Source of the DNA: Gracilinanus agilis
Taxonomy: Eukaryota
DNA: 64,000 nt
Assembly: GCF_016433145.1 (NCBI RefSeq)
Contig: NC_058135.1
Location: forward strand, 126,332,210 to 126,396,209
Direction: 5' to 3'
Position 1 is the first letter of the stretch, and every line of letters begins with the position of its first letter. The position numbers and the translations under genes were made by a program. Shown here piece after piece: positions 38,151 through 51,920 of the stretch. The notes under the pieces are model-generated. The model was not told where the DNA came from and did not search any database. It saw only the letters and a list, made by a program, of their open reading frames with translations.

Positions 38151-39699
38151 AGAGAGCTGATTTAGGCAAAGAGAGAAAGAGGGCAGGCAGAGCAGAGATA
38201 CTGGTTTAGTAGCAGGGAAAGCCTGAAAAAGCTCTGAATATCTTCCAAACCTATCTTTAAAAGGCATTCCCTTCTGCCTCTGCATGGGCACCTGAGGACA
38301 TTTCTCACATCACCCACCCCTCTGCCCAGCAGCCCAATGGGAGTGCTTCTCCCTCCACTGGGGCGAAGAGGCAGCTCACAGGTGAATGAGGGTTGCAGTT
38401 TGCGCACTAGGTCTCTTAACAGGTTCACCATCACTGGACTAGATGATGATTCCTCATCCCTGGGGCCCTTTCCAACTCAGATTCTATAATCCTGATCTTC
38501 AGTATACATAATGATCACAAACAAGTTGGGCAGAGAAGACACTATATCCCTTTGGAAATTAGAAAACTAAGTCTCTGAGAAGTAAAGACTAAGAAAAATG
38601 GAATTTGAGGACTGAAGAAGCCCTTAGAGATCATCTTATTCATCCCTTGTATTTTACAGATGAGCAAACTGAGGTCCCAAGCAGTAAGTACCTTCCCAGG
38701 GTCACTTAGCTAATAAAGGGCAAAGCCAAGATGAGGATCCCAGGTAGCTACCTTCCTCTAATCCACCAGTGACACTTTAACATCTCGTTCCCATCTTGTC
38801 TACAGGCAAAATTGGAAAAATAGAGATGTCCCATATTGGTTGAGTCTCCCCTTTTATAAACATGAGAGGTTGATGTTTCCAGCAGATTCTATGACTGGAG
38901 GATGGAAGAGCCTTGGTCAAAAGCCTCCTGAAGACTCATAAATGCATAAAGGGCACTGCCTACCATCACACCTGCCAGGCACATTTTATTTGCTGAGAAA
39001 TTGGGTTACTGTTCACTTTATACATGTACCCCTGTACAAAGAGGAGCTACTTTCTCAGCAGGGATCTTTCTTCTTCTGCCTCTTTCCTTTGATGGGAAGA
39101 CAACATAGCTGTCATTCTGACCCAGTGTTCTGCCCTTCTCTAGGCAGTATGGTGCCATGGAGAAGGGCTGAATCTGGAATCTGAGGATATAAATGTATAT
39201 ACCAGACTGGAAAAGCTGGGGGAGCCAGCTTATAAGGGACTCTAAATGCCAAACAGGATTTTCTGTTTACCTGGAAGGTGACTGAGAGACACTGGAGTTT
39301 ATTGAGTTGGGGTGGGAGAAGGGAATGGGTTAGACATGGTCAAATCTGTTCTTCTGGAAGATTTTACTTTGACAGTTAAGTGGAGAATAGACTGCATGCA
39401 GTGTATAGAAGAGCTGGGATTCATCCTCAGATTTTCTTATTTCTGAATCTGGCACAATTTCTACTACACTACCAGGCTGTCTTTATCACTTTAAAAAATA
39501 AAAAAAGGAAACCAAGTCCCTAAGGAACTTTCCCAAGGTTATGCAGGTAATAAGTGGTGGACAATGGGAATCAGATAATATATCCAAAAATGCCTAATAA
39601 CATACATTGATGTATATGTCAGCTATTTATAATGTCTGCTATCATCGTCATCGCCACCACCATCTCATCCATCCATCCTCAGCATCCTATAAAACACAC

Positions 39700-40130
39700 A
39701 AAAAAAGACCTCCAAGAATTGATGCAGAGTGAAATTAGTAGAACCAAGAGAACATCTTACACTGAAAGTGAAACATTGTGGAACAAGCCAGTGTAATGGA
39801 CTTTACTACTAGTAGCAATACAATAATCCAGGACATTCCTGAAGGACTAATGAGAAAGAATGCTAGCCACATTGAGAGAAAGAACTGTAGGAGTAGAAAT
39901 GCAAAAAGAAAAACTTGACTTATCACTTATCACTTGTTTATATGGATATATGATTTGAGGTTGCTGTTCTATGGTAAAAATGAATATGGAAATAGGTTTC
40001 AAGTGACAACATTTATACAACCCAGTAGAATTGCTTGTTGGTGCTGGGAGAGGGGAGGAAAGAGGAGAGGGAAAGAAAATGAATCATGTAAACGTGGAAA
40101 AATATTTTTTAAAATAAAATTTAAATTGAA
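39700..40130 (+). mobile_element. L1 3' end fragment
   Basis: gaattgatgcagagtgaaattagtagaaccaagagaacat..., opossum L1-like 3'UTR, and an A-rich tail near 40110. Confidence 0.8.
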
Positions 40131-40338
40131 ACACACACCCAAGGAGAGACAAAACTTGAGGATAGTAGTTAGGCAGTGTGACTGCTTCACTCTTGAATTC
40201 TTTCACTGTAAACCATCCACTTCTAATTCAATCCGACACGGCTAATTTTGGCATTAGAGTTTGGAATGAAAATCAATATCCATTTTGAGCTTGAGAAAGA
40301 GTTACTGTACCGTGGGTCGAGTGGGGCATTGCACTTAC

Positions 40339-40348
40339 TCTCAGCAAT
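40339..40348 (-). other. Candidate 10-nt microexon ATTGCTGAGA
   Basis: aatttttctcgccttcctttcag|ATTGCTGAGA|gtaagt: near-consensus acceptor and donor 10 nt apart, with CpG-retaining flanks. Confidence 0.4.
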
Positions 40349-43176
40349 CTGAAAGGAAGGCGAGAAAAATTCTTCAATTGCTCTGCTTTAAGAAGTTGAA
40401 ATGATTATTCAGATTAAATTTTTATCATCTTCAGGAACTCCCAAGAATCAGGATAAGCCCCCTCCCAACACTCTGAAGAAGACACATAGTTGTTAGATCA
40501 GTAGTAAAATGCTGTGCCTGCAGTAAGGAAGACCTGAGTTCAAATCTAGTCTCAGACACTTATTAGACTGTGTAACCCTGGGCAAGTCACTTAACCTCTG
40601 TTTGCCTCAGTTTATTCATCTATAAAATAAGGATAATTTGGGCATCTATAAAATGGGGGTGATAAAAACACCTACCTCAGAAAGCTGTTATGAGAACCAA
40701 ATGAGTTAATATTTGGAAAGTGTTTCTACAATATCTGGTATATGTTGTTCAGTCAGTCCCTCCAATTCTTTGTAGCCCCATTTGGGGTTTTCTTTTTTAT
40801 CTATTTATTTGTTTATTTTTATTGTTTAGACAATTCTTTCTATTCACACTATTCTCTCTTTGTACAAAGTAGCTTTTTAATAAGTGATGGCCAAATCAAG
40901 TTATGTACATATCCATGTGCTCATTCCTATCTCCCTCCCCTACCTTGATTCATCTAAAATCTCTCTCCAACCCCCTCCTTCCTAATGTGGGATCTGCCTT
41001 CCCTCTGCTATTATCTTCCATTTATATCATATATTTCTTATAGATAAAATTTTTTGCCTGTTATCCCCTCTCTCATTAAAATGTGAGTTTCTTGATGGCA
41101 AAGACTGTCTTTTTGCCTTTTTTGTATTTCTAGCATCTGGCACAGTGTCTAGAACATAGTAAGCTTGTAATAAGTGCCTGTTAATTGACTGCCTGCCAAG
41201 AGGCATGCCCCTTTCTACAAGAATCCCTAGACGTGAAAAAATATTCTTCTCTTTTGTTTCCTCCTTCCCCAGATCAGGGGCCCTGGAGTGTCCCCTTCGG
41301 CTCACAAGACTTCCTGGCATACTTTCAACCTGGTTCTCTTGCCCTCCCCATCAGACTCTGAGCCAAAGGGAAGTTGAAGAAGCTAAGAAGGGGGAAATGC
41401 CCAAAGAAAGAAAAAGTTCCAGGGATTAGGGGAGCATAGACACTCCCAGGAAGGCATGACCCTCCATCAAGTGCTACAGGTCTGTTTTCCTTCCTGGATT
41501 CTCTTCTCAAAGGGCCCTTCCTTGTCTACAGACCAGTGTGTGTAGGTAGGGGCAAGGGGTAGCAGTTCCCAGTCCACTTCTGGTCCCAGGTTGTGCCCAG
41601 GAAAGTCTCTCTCTCCTCTTTCCTCAAGCAAAACAGGCTGCAAAGCAGTCCTTGATCATGAAGTATACTGCTTTCAGCACTGAAGGAATGTTCTAGCTTA
41701 CCTGGTCAGGGTCAGAGACCAGCTTCTCTCCTTACCCCCCTATATTAGATCCCAGTCGCTTCAGCACTGATGCCCTCTCTCTCTCTTCATTTACCAGTGG
41801 AACCCCACGGGATTAAGCTTCAGTTGGGTCCATTCCTGGCTCCCCTCTCTTCATCCTGTTCCATTCTGGTGTTCCCAGTTGTTCTCCAGATGTTCCCACA
41901 CATTCCCCCTTTGGGGAATACAAGTGCTATCACTGCTCCCTTAGATTTCATGCCAGGAACCAAATTCTTTCCCTAACATGATGGCAACAGAGGTATGATG
42001 ATGGCCATAAAAAAAAACACCATGAGGAATAAAAGGGAATCAGTGGCAGAGCTATAGAAAGGTGCCCTCAGAGAACCTGACATACTGTTCTAGCAGGCTC
42101 TTATTACTCCTGGTCAGTCTGGAACAATTTTCACACTTTCATATCAGGGCAGCTTTTTTCAAGAGAAGTGAGTCTTAGGTATAACAGGGAGGGGGATAAT
42201 TTCGTTTTTTTTTTGTTTTCCTTGGGCACATCGGATTGATTTCTCTTTTCTGATGTCACAAGCAGGTAGTTAACCATTGGGGATTGGCTGGCTAATTGAG
42301 GGCCAATCTATATAAATGAGGGGGAGGGGTGTTTGAAAATGATAGCCAGGGAAAGGAAGTAGGTTCAGAGAAAAGTCAGCTTTCCACAAGTAGTACTCAG
42401 AGGTCCCCAGATCCAGAAAATTATTTCGATTCTCACAAAATTAAAAAAGTTCCAAGTAAACTTTCTGTACCTGTCTGACTAAATCACAGGTCTGGAGAAA
42501 ATTTTTCCTGGTAACCTTATACCTAAACTATTTCAGAAAGGTTCAGCCTTTCATTATTAATCATTAGAAGATATTTGTAACAGATTATAGCTATAATCCC
42601 TTTCAGGAGGAAGTTCTTCATATTTAATTTCAATCCCTTCTGCCACTTGTTAAGTCAAATCCTTTTAATTTTCTCTTCAAAGAAAACATCACCATTGTCT
42701 CCTCTATAGTCTCCCCTTATATAATTACAAAATTTTTTTAGAGAATTTTAAAGTTGGAAGGAACCTTAGAAGTCGTCTAATTCAACTTTACCTTCTTCCT
42801 CTACTCTAAAAATCCCAATGCATCATCGTGCATACTTTATGTTCCTCTCATACTATACTATAACTTTAAAAAGTTATCACCATATGAGGAGGCTCTTTTC
42901 CCCCTGATGTAGGCAATCTTTTTTCCCCCATATAGACAGTCTCTCCCTACCCCATGTATGTAGTCTTAGGCATTTGGGAAGGAGAGAGGTACTATATTTT
43001 GCCCTTGGATGTTGGCCTCCAATAATGTCACCATCAATTTCTCCATTTTGATTGACACCCCCGAATCACTGAAGCAGCCTAACTGGAAAAGGGGGGGATT
43101 GTTGATCAAGAGTGAATTATGCAGCAAATAATAACACAGAGGGGATATTGCTACTTGGACTCAAAAAATATTTCAC

Positions 43177-43197
43177 CTGACCCGAGCAGAGGTCAGT
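43177..43197 (-). other. Candidate 21-nt microexon (TDLCSGQ)
   Basis: ccacctttgcag|ACTGACCTCTGCTCGGGTCAG|gtgaaa. Frame-preserving length. Confidence 0.25.
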
Positions 43198-44200
43198 CTG
43201 CAAAGGTGGATATTTTTTTTCTTTCATGAAATGTTTAAGCCATATTTAGAAAGGATCCAGCCCAACCATAATAACCTTCTTCAGGGAAAGGTTGAGATAT
43301 ATCAAAGGAATATTGCAATGAACTTCTTTTTTTTTACATGTGGAGAAAGGTGGTTGGCTGAACGTGGATTTGTATGAAGATCTGAACAAGGTCAAATAAA
43401 TCTCAAGCTTCACACACTTTATTTAATGTTTTCTTTAACTAAAAAAAAATGTCGTATTCCAAATGTGAAATCTTATTATCTTTCCATATATTCTCCTCCT
43501 TCTAACTTCAATATGACTGTCCAATGGTACCACCATCCCCCCAGTCTCCCATCTTTGAAATCATAGATAGGCTTGTCTTTCATTCTTCCTGGGTATAATT
43601 AGAAAGAGTTTTGGACCAAAGCACCTGGGTTTAAATCTTGACTCTGCTATTTCTTCCTGTATGCTCATAGTAGGAAAGTCCTTTAACCCATCTGTGCCTT
43701 GGTTTCCTCATCTGTAAAATGAAGGTTTCAAACTTGATATCATTGTTTAGTTTCCTCCCAGGACTAATTCCTATTTTCCCATTTGTGAGAATTTCTTTTT
43801 CATATACTGTATTAATTTCTATATATTAGGAAGAATTGCTGTGTGTTCCTTGGTCTGGGATCTGGGTCAGAGATATCATCCAGTCTGCTTCTTTAGTATT
43901 TTCTTTGACCTTAGGAATCCCAAGGTATAACTTTTTAACAGAAATTGGTTAATAAATGAAGGGGGAGAAGGGTTTTTCTAGCATTTGTGATCTGTCTACC
44001 TGTGGAGATGAGAAGGCGTGAATAGTTTAATGAGCCCTTCTGTCTTCAAGTCATAAGTAAGAAAGTCAGGGCTATTTTTTTTTTAAATGGATATAATAGT
44101 ACCTATCTCAGTGTTGTTGTAAGGTTCAAATAAGATAACATAGTAAAGATCTTTGCAAATCTCAAATGCTAGTTGTTATTATTATTACTAGATAATTAGC

Positions 44201-45414
44201 TATCACCAATTAAAGATTTGGGGGATGTTCAAGGGGGAAGCTGAATAATGAACCCCTAAAAAATCTATGTATTAGGCTGCCTGCCCCAGCTCAGGGGATC
44301 CTGGTCCCAAGGGAACCATGGAAACCTATATCACTTTATTGGTTTTAATGCTGCCCTAAACTTAATATTGAAATACTAAAGTGTAAAGATGAAAATTAAT
44401 ATTCAATAACTAAAGTATTACATTTTATAAAGTTTTATTAATAATAAACTAACATGAAAAACTAGAGTGAAAAGGTGCTAAACTAACTTCAGCCACACTC
44501 GTGAAGAAGAGCAGAAGAAGGAGGAGTTTCAGAACTTATAACACAATAACGTGACCATGCAAGTGTGGAGGGGCAGGAGAGATTAAAGAGGATTTTGGGA
44601 AATACTAAGGGACTTCTGGGGGATGAAGTCCAAAGGTTCAAAATCTCCATATATACAAAGGTGGGTTTGGGGATGGGATTGGATGCTTTTTAGGCCAGTA
44701 TCAGAAGAGTAAACTGTTTTGAGAAGGCTACCCAAGCACAGGGCTGGCAGAGCCAGACTCTGAGATGACACACAAACACCCACTTAGATGATATATAAAA
44801 GGTATTCAATTTAACAAGGGAAAGGTAAAAGGTAATTGGATAACTTAAACTAAAGGTTTCTATCTAAACCCCACAAGATCTAAATGTCCTGTTGTTTTGT
44901 GGATTTTTCCCTGCACTGAGCTCACCTATCTCTCTAGAGACCCAGACCCTAATATAAATATCCTACACTAACCCAAAACAACCCCCCTTTTGATGGTAAT
45001 GGAGGTAGTTAAGCAGCTAGGCAGGACAGGGCCCAAGAAATGGTTTTGAATCCAAAAGGATCCCAACCAGATTCTCACAGACAGATGGCTCAGCTGTACA
45101 GGATCACACAGGAAGCTCAATAGATGGCTCAATCAGGTAACAGGGAAGCAGGTAGGATGGAGAAGTCCAGATATACCAAAGCCAGCAAAGGAAGGTATCC
45201 AGTCTCTCCTCAGGTAAAGAGAGAATGAATTCTCCAGCATAAGCTAACTGACTCTCTCCAGTAGAATTCTAGAATTTCTTTTCTCTGCTTTCCCATGCCT
45301 TTGCCCTCTGCACACCAACATAACTTTACTTATAACAATATACTCGTTAAACGTATTCTTACCCAAAAATGCAGTTTCTTGAGATAATCTTCATCATAAA
45401 AATTTCCTCCAATA
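44201..45414 (-). mobile_element. Probable solo ERV LTR (~1.2 kb)
   Basis: On the minus strand: degenerate TA(TG)ttggagg start, TATA-like gttataag, and AATAAA ~135 bp before the end. Composition distinct from flanks; no TSD resolved. Confidence 0.6.
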
Positions 45415-45667
45415 TCTAGTCAGTTTCATTCTTACCTCCAAGATATCTACCTCTCACCAGCAACCTTGGGCAGCTCGGGCATCAAGATTAAGTCAATTAA
45501 TCTTTCTGAGCTTCCGAAAAATACTTACATAACCTAGATTGTGAAGTAATGATTATAAAGTTGTTTGAAAGGCCAAAGTTTCAATCCTGCCTCCAGTGTG
45601 TGGCTCTAGATGGATGACTTAATTTCTCTAACCCTCAGCTTCCTCATCAATACAAATGGATATAATA

Positions 45668-45828
45668 AGAGGAGATAGCTAGGGTAGAACAACGCTAGGC
45701 CTGGAGTTGGGAAGATCTCAGTTCAAATCTAGCCTCAGACATCTCCTTAACTGTATAACCTGTTTACCTAGCTCCTTGCCATTCTGTTTTAGAATTGTTA
45801 CTGAGAGAGTAAGAGTTATTTTTTTAAG
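45668..45828 (+). mobile_element. SINE inserted into an older MIR
   Basis: 12-bp TSD atggatataata at 45656-45667 and 45829-45840. Confidence 0.75.
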
Positions 45829-48039
45829 ATGGATATAATAGTATCTATCTCAAAGTTGTTGTAAGGTTCAAATAAAATGACATGTAAAGAGCTTTGAAAA
45901 TCTTAACTACTAGCTATTGTTATTATTAGATAATATATCACATACATTTTAGGACAATGAAATCAAATTTTATTTAATAACATCAGAAAGGAAAATCAGA
46001 TTTCAAAAACTATATTCATTACCTATCCATTTAGCAAGGCGAACAAAATAGAACCTACGTCTGGAATTTCTATTTCGGATTAGATCTATAATTTTCACAT
46101 TTAGTTCTATATTAAAACTAGGCAGAGTTTTGGTTTTGTTTTATTTTTAGAGCTAGCAACTCTATTCATTATTTTAAAAACTAAATATTATATTAACCTC
46201 CAAACACATTAGGTTCAGATTAAAGTAGCCAAATAGGGACAATAATATTTGCATTACCTACATTACAGGGTTGTTTCTAGGAAATTGCTTTGTAAACTAG
46301 AAAGCCTTCCATAAGTGAGTTGTTTTTATTATTAAAAATAATAGAATAATTCATGTTTCCCTTGCTGAATTTTGTTCATTCGTTTGCAGCTATTGACTGA
46401 GCATCTACTATACATATGACATAGTGCTAGGCTCAGAGGAGAGCATGAAGATATATCTAAAAGTATGATCCCTGAAGAAGTTTATGATCTAGCAGGGCAG
46501 ATAAGGCAGGTAGAAAAAACATTATTATATAGAAAGTTATCACAGCAAGAGCTCACATTGCTATTGTGTTCTAAGGTTTGCAGACGGTTCTTCCATTGAG
46601 GATCTCTTTTGAGAAGTGATGTGAGCTTATGAGGTAGTACAAGAGATCATGGGAAGGAGAGTGATTGTGGAAGACTTCATAAAAGAGCATCCCGTGATGA
46701 GGATGTGGAAGTTTCCCAAAGATGGAGATCCAGAGGTAGGCTCTAGCTGGATCCAAAGACAGCTGTAGAGTTTGAGTTGTTCAGTTATGATGGGTAACTG
46801 TGTTTGGAGAATGACCAGTAAATCAAGCTGAGGGAAATGGAGAATTGATGGTGTCAGTAACAGGAGATATGATCAGGGCCAAAATGGTAGAAAGCCCAGA
46901 AAGCCAAGCTATACAGAATATGGACTTTGTTACATAGACAATGGGAAATCATTGAAAGTATTTAACAAGAGGACGGACAAGCATGATCAAAGCAATGGTT
47001 TGGGGAAGATTATTCTGGCAGTAAAAAGGATAGATGAAAAAAGGGAGGAACTGTAAACAAAGAGATCCATTAGGAGATTATTGCAATAGCAAAAAATGGT
47101 CAATGCCTGACTTAGAGGGGCAGCAGAGGGTGTAGATGATCAGAACCTACACACTAAGAAAAATTTTCCTATATCCTATTTTCCTTCTTTAATGAACGAT
47201 CAGCATTTTCCCCTGTGCAAATACAATCCCTTGCTTTAAACAAACAACAATACAGGTAATGGGGGCTTTGCAGTGTTTTGCACATAAAGGACAAGATATT
47301 CAGGTAACTATCAGAGAATTCTGATTAACTACTCTTTCTTCCGCCTTCAAAGAGACCTCAGTGAATGTCTCCCTCTTTAATAATGCTCTCTATGTAAAGA
47401 CACTGCTCATTTTCTTTCCTGTGAGTTCCAAGCCCTTTACTAGGTCTAGTTTATATTTTATAGTTCAGTAAAGGTGGCCTCAGAGAGCCATCATTGATAT
47501 GCATAAGGCAGTAGATTCTCTTTAACACCATTCAAAATATGTTGTTTGTATAGCATCTTAATGAAAAGTATCACTCAGCACCAAGCAAGATAACAAGTGC
47601 CAAAGAGAAAAGGAGAATTTTATGATAAGATTTAAAAGAAGGAATCGGGTCAGCAAGAAGGAAAGAAACTAGGGAGCAATCAATTCAAGACCATAGGAAG
47701 ATTCTTGAAATCGAGTGAATCTTGGAGCCAAAATATCCTTCAATAGATTATGGAGTAGGGAATCTCTTGGCATTAAAGTGCCTCATCCACTGGCTGGATT
47801 TATTTTACTTATTTGACCTGTGCTCAAATGAATCATTAGAATAGGATGATAGGATCATAGACCTGGAGTTTAAAGGGAACTCAGAGAGGGGTATGTTGAT
47901 AAATGTTTAACAATCAGCTCTCCTTGTGGGAGGAATGTACACATGAATTTAATTAAGCTGCATTGTTGCATTTTCTCCATTTTCTTAAGTCTAGACAGCA
48001 AAACAAAACAAAAAACAAGCCTTGATCTGTAGTATTTGC

Positions 48040-49265
48040 TGATTTCTTTTTTTTAATAAGTTTAATAAGTTTTTTCCAGATTGTATGTTGGTATGATTTT
48101 TAATCATTGTTTTCTGACATTATGCAATCTATGTTCTCTCCCTCTCATCTCTTCCATTTCCCCAAGAAGACAGGTAAATATGATATATGTGTTATTATAC
48201 AATACATATTTCCATGTTCAGCATGTTGTAAAAGAGGACACATCTTGCTTACACTAGAGAAAATTTCATGGAGGAAATAAAGTAGAGAATGACGTACTTC
48301 AGCCTGCATTCAGACTTTGTCAGTTCCTTCTATAGTGGTAGAGAGCTTTTTTTGACAGGAGTCTCTTGGAGATGTCCAGGATCCTTGCATTGCTGATAAT
48401 AGTTAAGTCATTCATAGTTGATCATCATACTTTATTGCTGTTACTACTTACAATGTTGCTCACTTTACATCACTTAATAAAAGCCTTTCCAGGTTTTTTG
48501 TGATCATCTTGTTTGTCATTTCTCATGGCAACATAGTATTTCATTACCAACATATATTGCAACTTGTTCAGCCATTCCCCAACTGATGGAAATCCCTTCA
48601 ATTTCCATTTCTTTGCTTCCACAAAAGGAGCTGCTATAAATATCTTTGTACAAATAGGTCCTTTTCCCTTATCTCTGATCTCTTTAGGATAACAGACCCA
48701 AGAGTGACATTGTTGGGTCAAAATGTATGCACAATTTTATGGTCTTTTGGGCATGGTTCCAGATTGCTCTCTAGAATAGTTGCATCAGTTTATAGTTCTG
48801 CCAACAGTGTATTAGCATCCCAATTTTTCCATACCCCCTCCATCATTTATCATTTTCCTTTTTTGTCATGTTAGCCAGTCTAATAGGTATAAGTAGTACC
48901 TCAGAGTTGTTTTCATTTGTATTTCTCTAATCAACAGTAATTTCGAGCATTTTTTCATATGACTAAAGATAGTAAAACTTTCTTTAGTTTTAGCATCTTT
49001 AGATCAGTGATGGGCAAACTTTTTAAAGAGGGGGCCAAAGGAAAGAAATGCTCATCTGTCAGTCTGTTTCTAAGGCAACTCTTTGGAAGTTTCATTGTAT
49101 TGTATCCTACTCACTGTATTCGTGGGATTAGGAATAATGTCAAGGAGCCAGATAGAACATTTCAGGGGGCCGCATCTGGCCCACAGACCGTAGTTTGCCC
49201 ATCACTGCTTTAGATAGTAAAAATTTCTTTATCTGAAAATTGCCTGGACATATCCTTTGGCCACT
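48040..49265 (-). mobile_element. L1 fragment (ORF2 C-terminus plus 3'UTR), interrupted by a MITE
   Basis: ORF 48470-48721 (...PKEIRDKGKGPICTKIFIAAPFVEAKKWKLKGFPSVGEWLNKL...) is a typical L1 ORF2 C-terminus. Poly-T at ~48050. Confidence 0.9.
49005..49207. mobile_element. hAT MITE, 203 bp, same family as 8741-8944 in the opposite orientation
   Basis: Identical 16-bp TIRs. Perfect TSD ctttagat (48997-49004 and 49208-49215). Confidence 0.93.
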
Positions 49266-50146
49266 TACCAAGTACACATTTGCCAGTTTCTTAATCCAGT
49301 TTAGCTGTTTCTCCATATGATGGCAAAATGCTCCAGAATCATGTACTCGATCCTCTTCTTATAAAGAACCTGTTACTGTCCAGATAATCTCTTTAGAAAT
49401 ATTGGTCCCAGAGAACTCTAGGAACTTGTCATTCTCCACAAACATCACCTCCTCCCAGCTTCATCCAGGAGACTGGGTCATGGGTCTCCATCTTCTGGAG
49501 CCACATAAGGGTGGAGAGATTCCATTATGGCCTCTCCTCTCGGGTCACTTGGATGAAAGCACGTACAACTGTACACATTTGGGTACCTGCCTATCTGACG
49601 TTATTATTGGTGGCTCTTAGAGAGGCCACTAAATGTTAACACCAAAGAAAAATCAAATCTACAGATCTACACGTATACGACACATAGGTGGACACATAAT
49701 TATACACACACATATGTATGTATTTGTGAGTATATACATTATGTATATGGTATATATCTAAATGGGAGTGGAAGGAAATGTCCCCTAACAGACTGAAGTT
49801 GACCAGGAGTGCAAGGTAAAAACCATTTATATTGGCCAAAGATCAACCCACTTTGAGCAAATCCTCAGCCATGACCCCTGACTATGGCCAGATATGGGAC
49901 TGATCAGATATGCTGCAATTTACCTTACATAGTACATACTAAATAGTTTTTAAGACTCAGTAAACACTAGTTGAATGATGAATGAATGCTAACTGGAAGT
50001 TACCATACCAGGAAAAATCAACCCATCAATAAACATTTATTAAGCACCTAATATACTCAGCACTTAGGGATATGTAAAGGGGGGAAAAGACAGTCCCTGA
50101 CCTCAAGGAGCTTACAATTTAATAGAGGAGACAACACACAAACAAA

Positions 50147-50286
50147 NNNNNNNNNNNNNNNNNNNNNNNNNNNNNNNNNNNNNNNNNNNNNNNNNNNNNN
50201 NNNNNNNNNNNNNNNNNNNNNNNNNNNNNNNNNNNNNNNNNNNNNNNNNNNNNNNNNNNNNNNNNNNNNNNNNNNNNNNNNNNNNN
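50147..50286. other. Assembly gap (140 N)
   Basis: Run of N. Confidence 1.
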
Positions 50287-50742
50287 TGACTAATGACTAA
50301 CAGAGGGAAGGCACTAGAATTAAGAGGGGATGAGGAAGGCTTTTTATAAAAGGTGGGATTTTAATTGGGAAGGAAACCAGAATAGATCTTTCACCACTAC
50401 TACTAGTAAAATAGCTTCAACATTATATCCTCTTGACACTGTCAAAAAACATTATATTAATTTTCTAAGGATATTGTGTGTGTGTGTGTGTCTGTGTGTG
50501 TACCTTAAGATAACTGTCTCAAAAACCTCAATTCATTAGTCTATAAAGTGAGGTCAATGATGGATAAAAGTACATTTGTTCACCAAAAAGAAAAAGAAAA
50601 AGGAAAGAGAGAAATGGCATTTCCCTTTGAGCACCTGGGGCTGCTGATAGGTATCTGCAAGACATGGGCACTCATGGCCCAGGGCAGGTCTAAGATTTCA
50701 AGAATCTCTGTGTATGTGTTTTTTATTTCTCATTGTCCTTAC

Positions 50743-50788
50743 CTTCCTGGAGAAGAATGACGGATAGCCTTTCTTCGTGGTATCCTGG
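50743..50788 (-). other. Candidate exon, 46 nt (42 nt with the inner AG)
   Basis: Donor AAG|gtaagg; all three frames open; retains CpGs; acceptor weak. Confidence 0.25.
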
Positions 50789-51920
50789 CTTTTAAGAGTA
50801 CAGTTTTATTTATTTTTTATGACCAACTTCACACTTGTTAAGTGTAATTTTTGCTTTATGTAACATAAAAAAGCCCATCTGTGAGATGGGGGCCCCATGA
50901 ATTAACAAGAATGGCTGGACATAAGACAAGAAATCTTTTTAAAACGAATGTCCGCATTAAATACCTTGGATAGGTCGGCCTTCTGGGGATTTTTTTTTTA
51001 ATGAAACTCAAGCACACCATTTCTGTTCTTCAGAAATAGTTTCTTTCAGGTTTATATTGAGCTTGTCTAAAGGCATATTACATAAGTAAGGGCTTAGTTT
51101 GGACATTAGGATTTTACATCCTGGATGCTCCCTAAATCCTTTTTCTGATCAATCTGATTTTGAACACATCTCTATTGATTTCTTCTACACATGTTTATGG
51201 CATTTGTTTTGATATATGTGGGATAAAAAGCCAAATTAACAAACATAATCAATTTTCTTGGTGATAAAGAATAGCCAGCCCTTTAGCACCTTGGAAACAT
51301 TTTTCCAAGGGAAAAAAAAAAACACACCCACAACAACAACAACTAAGGAGTGGTTGTAATAAATGGATCGATTTATTCAATCACTGGGTATAAAAACATT
51401 AGCCCTGGGAAAGAGCTTTCCTCTAAGAGCTTTAGCTGGTCAGTTTCACTTGTGTGGTACCAAACGATTTGCATTTTTAGAGAAATTTCATGTCTGCAGT
51501 GAGCTCTGTTGAAAACATGAATAAATTGCTTGCTTTCCCTCTCTTTCTGACTTACGAAGCTGAATCCATTAGAGGTTGAGTCAAAAATATAATGAAATAA
51601 AGGCAACAGAAGGACATAATGGAAATCCGGGACTTGGCTTCCTCCTAGTCCAAAGCTCAGCTGTTCCCTAGCTTATGTGTCAAGTCAGTGGTCATTGGGG
51701 ATGTGGGGCCCCCAAGTAAGGAAGTTAGAGGGGAACTTTTTTTTAACTGCTACATTAGAAGGAGGTCTCTGAAGCAACCCAAAATTAAATAATGAACCAA
51801 AGATTAAGAATTAAATAGACCAGCAGCAAGCGGCTCCCCACAGATTAAAACTCCAGTGAATCAGCACTGCTAAGCTTGTTAAAGTGACGCAGTTGCCTAA
51901 CAGGCTCCTGTGTTCCTCAC

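Noticed and set aside
44080-45945. Similar MIR tails at ~44085-44200 and ~45829-45940 as a local duplication
   Set aside because: Similarity is confined to repeat-derived sequence and could reflect a shared subfamily; flanks do not align by eye.
48470-48721. 83-aa ORF as a host gene
   Set aside because: It is L1 ORF2 C-terminal sequence.
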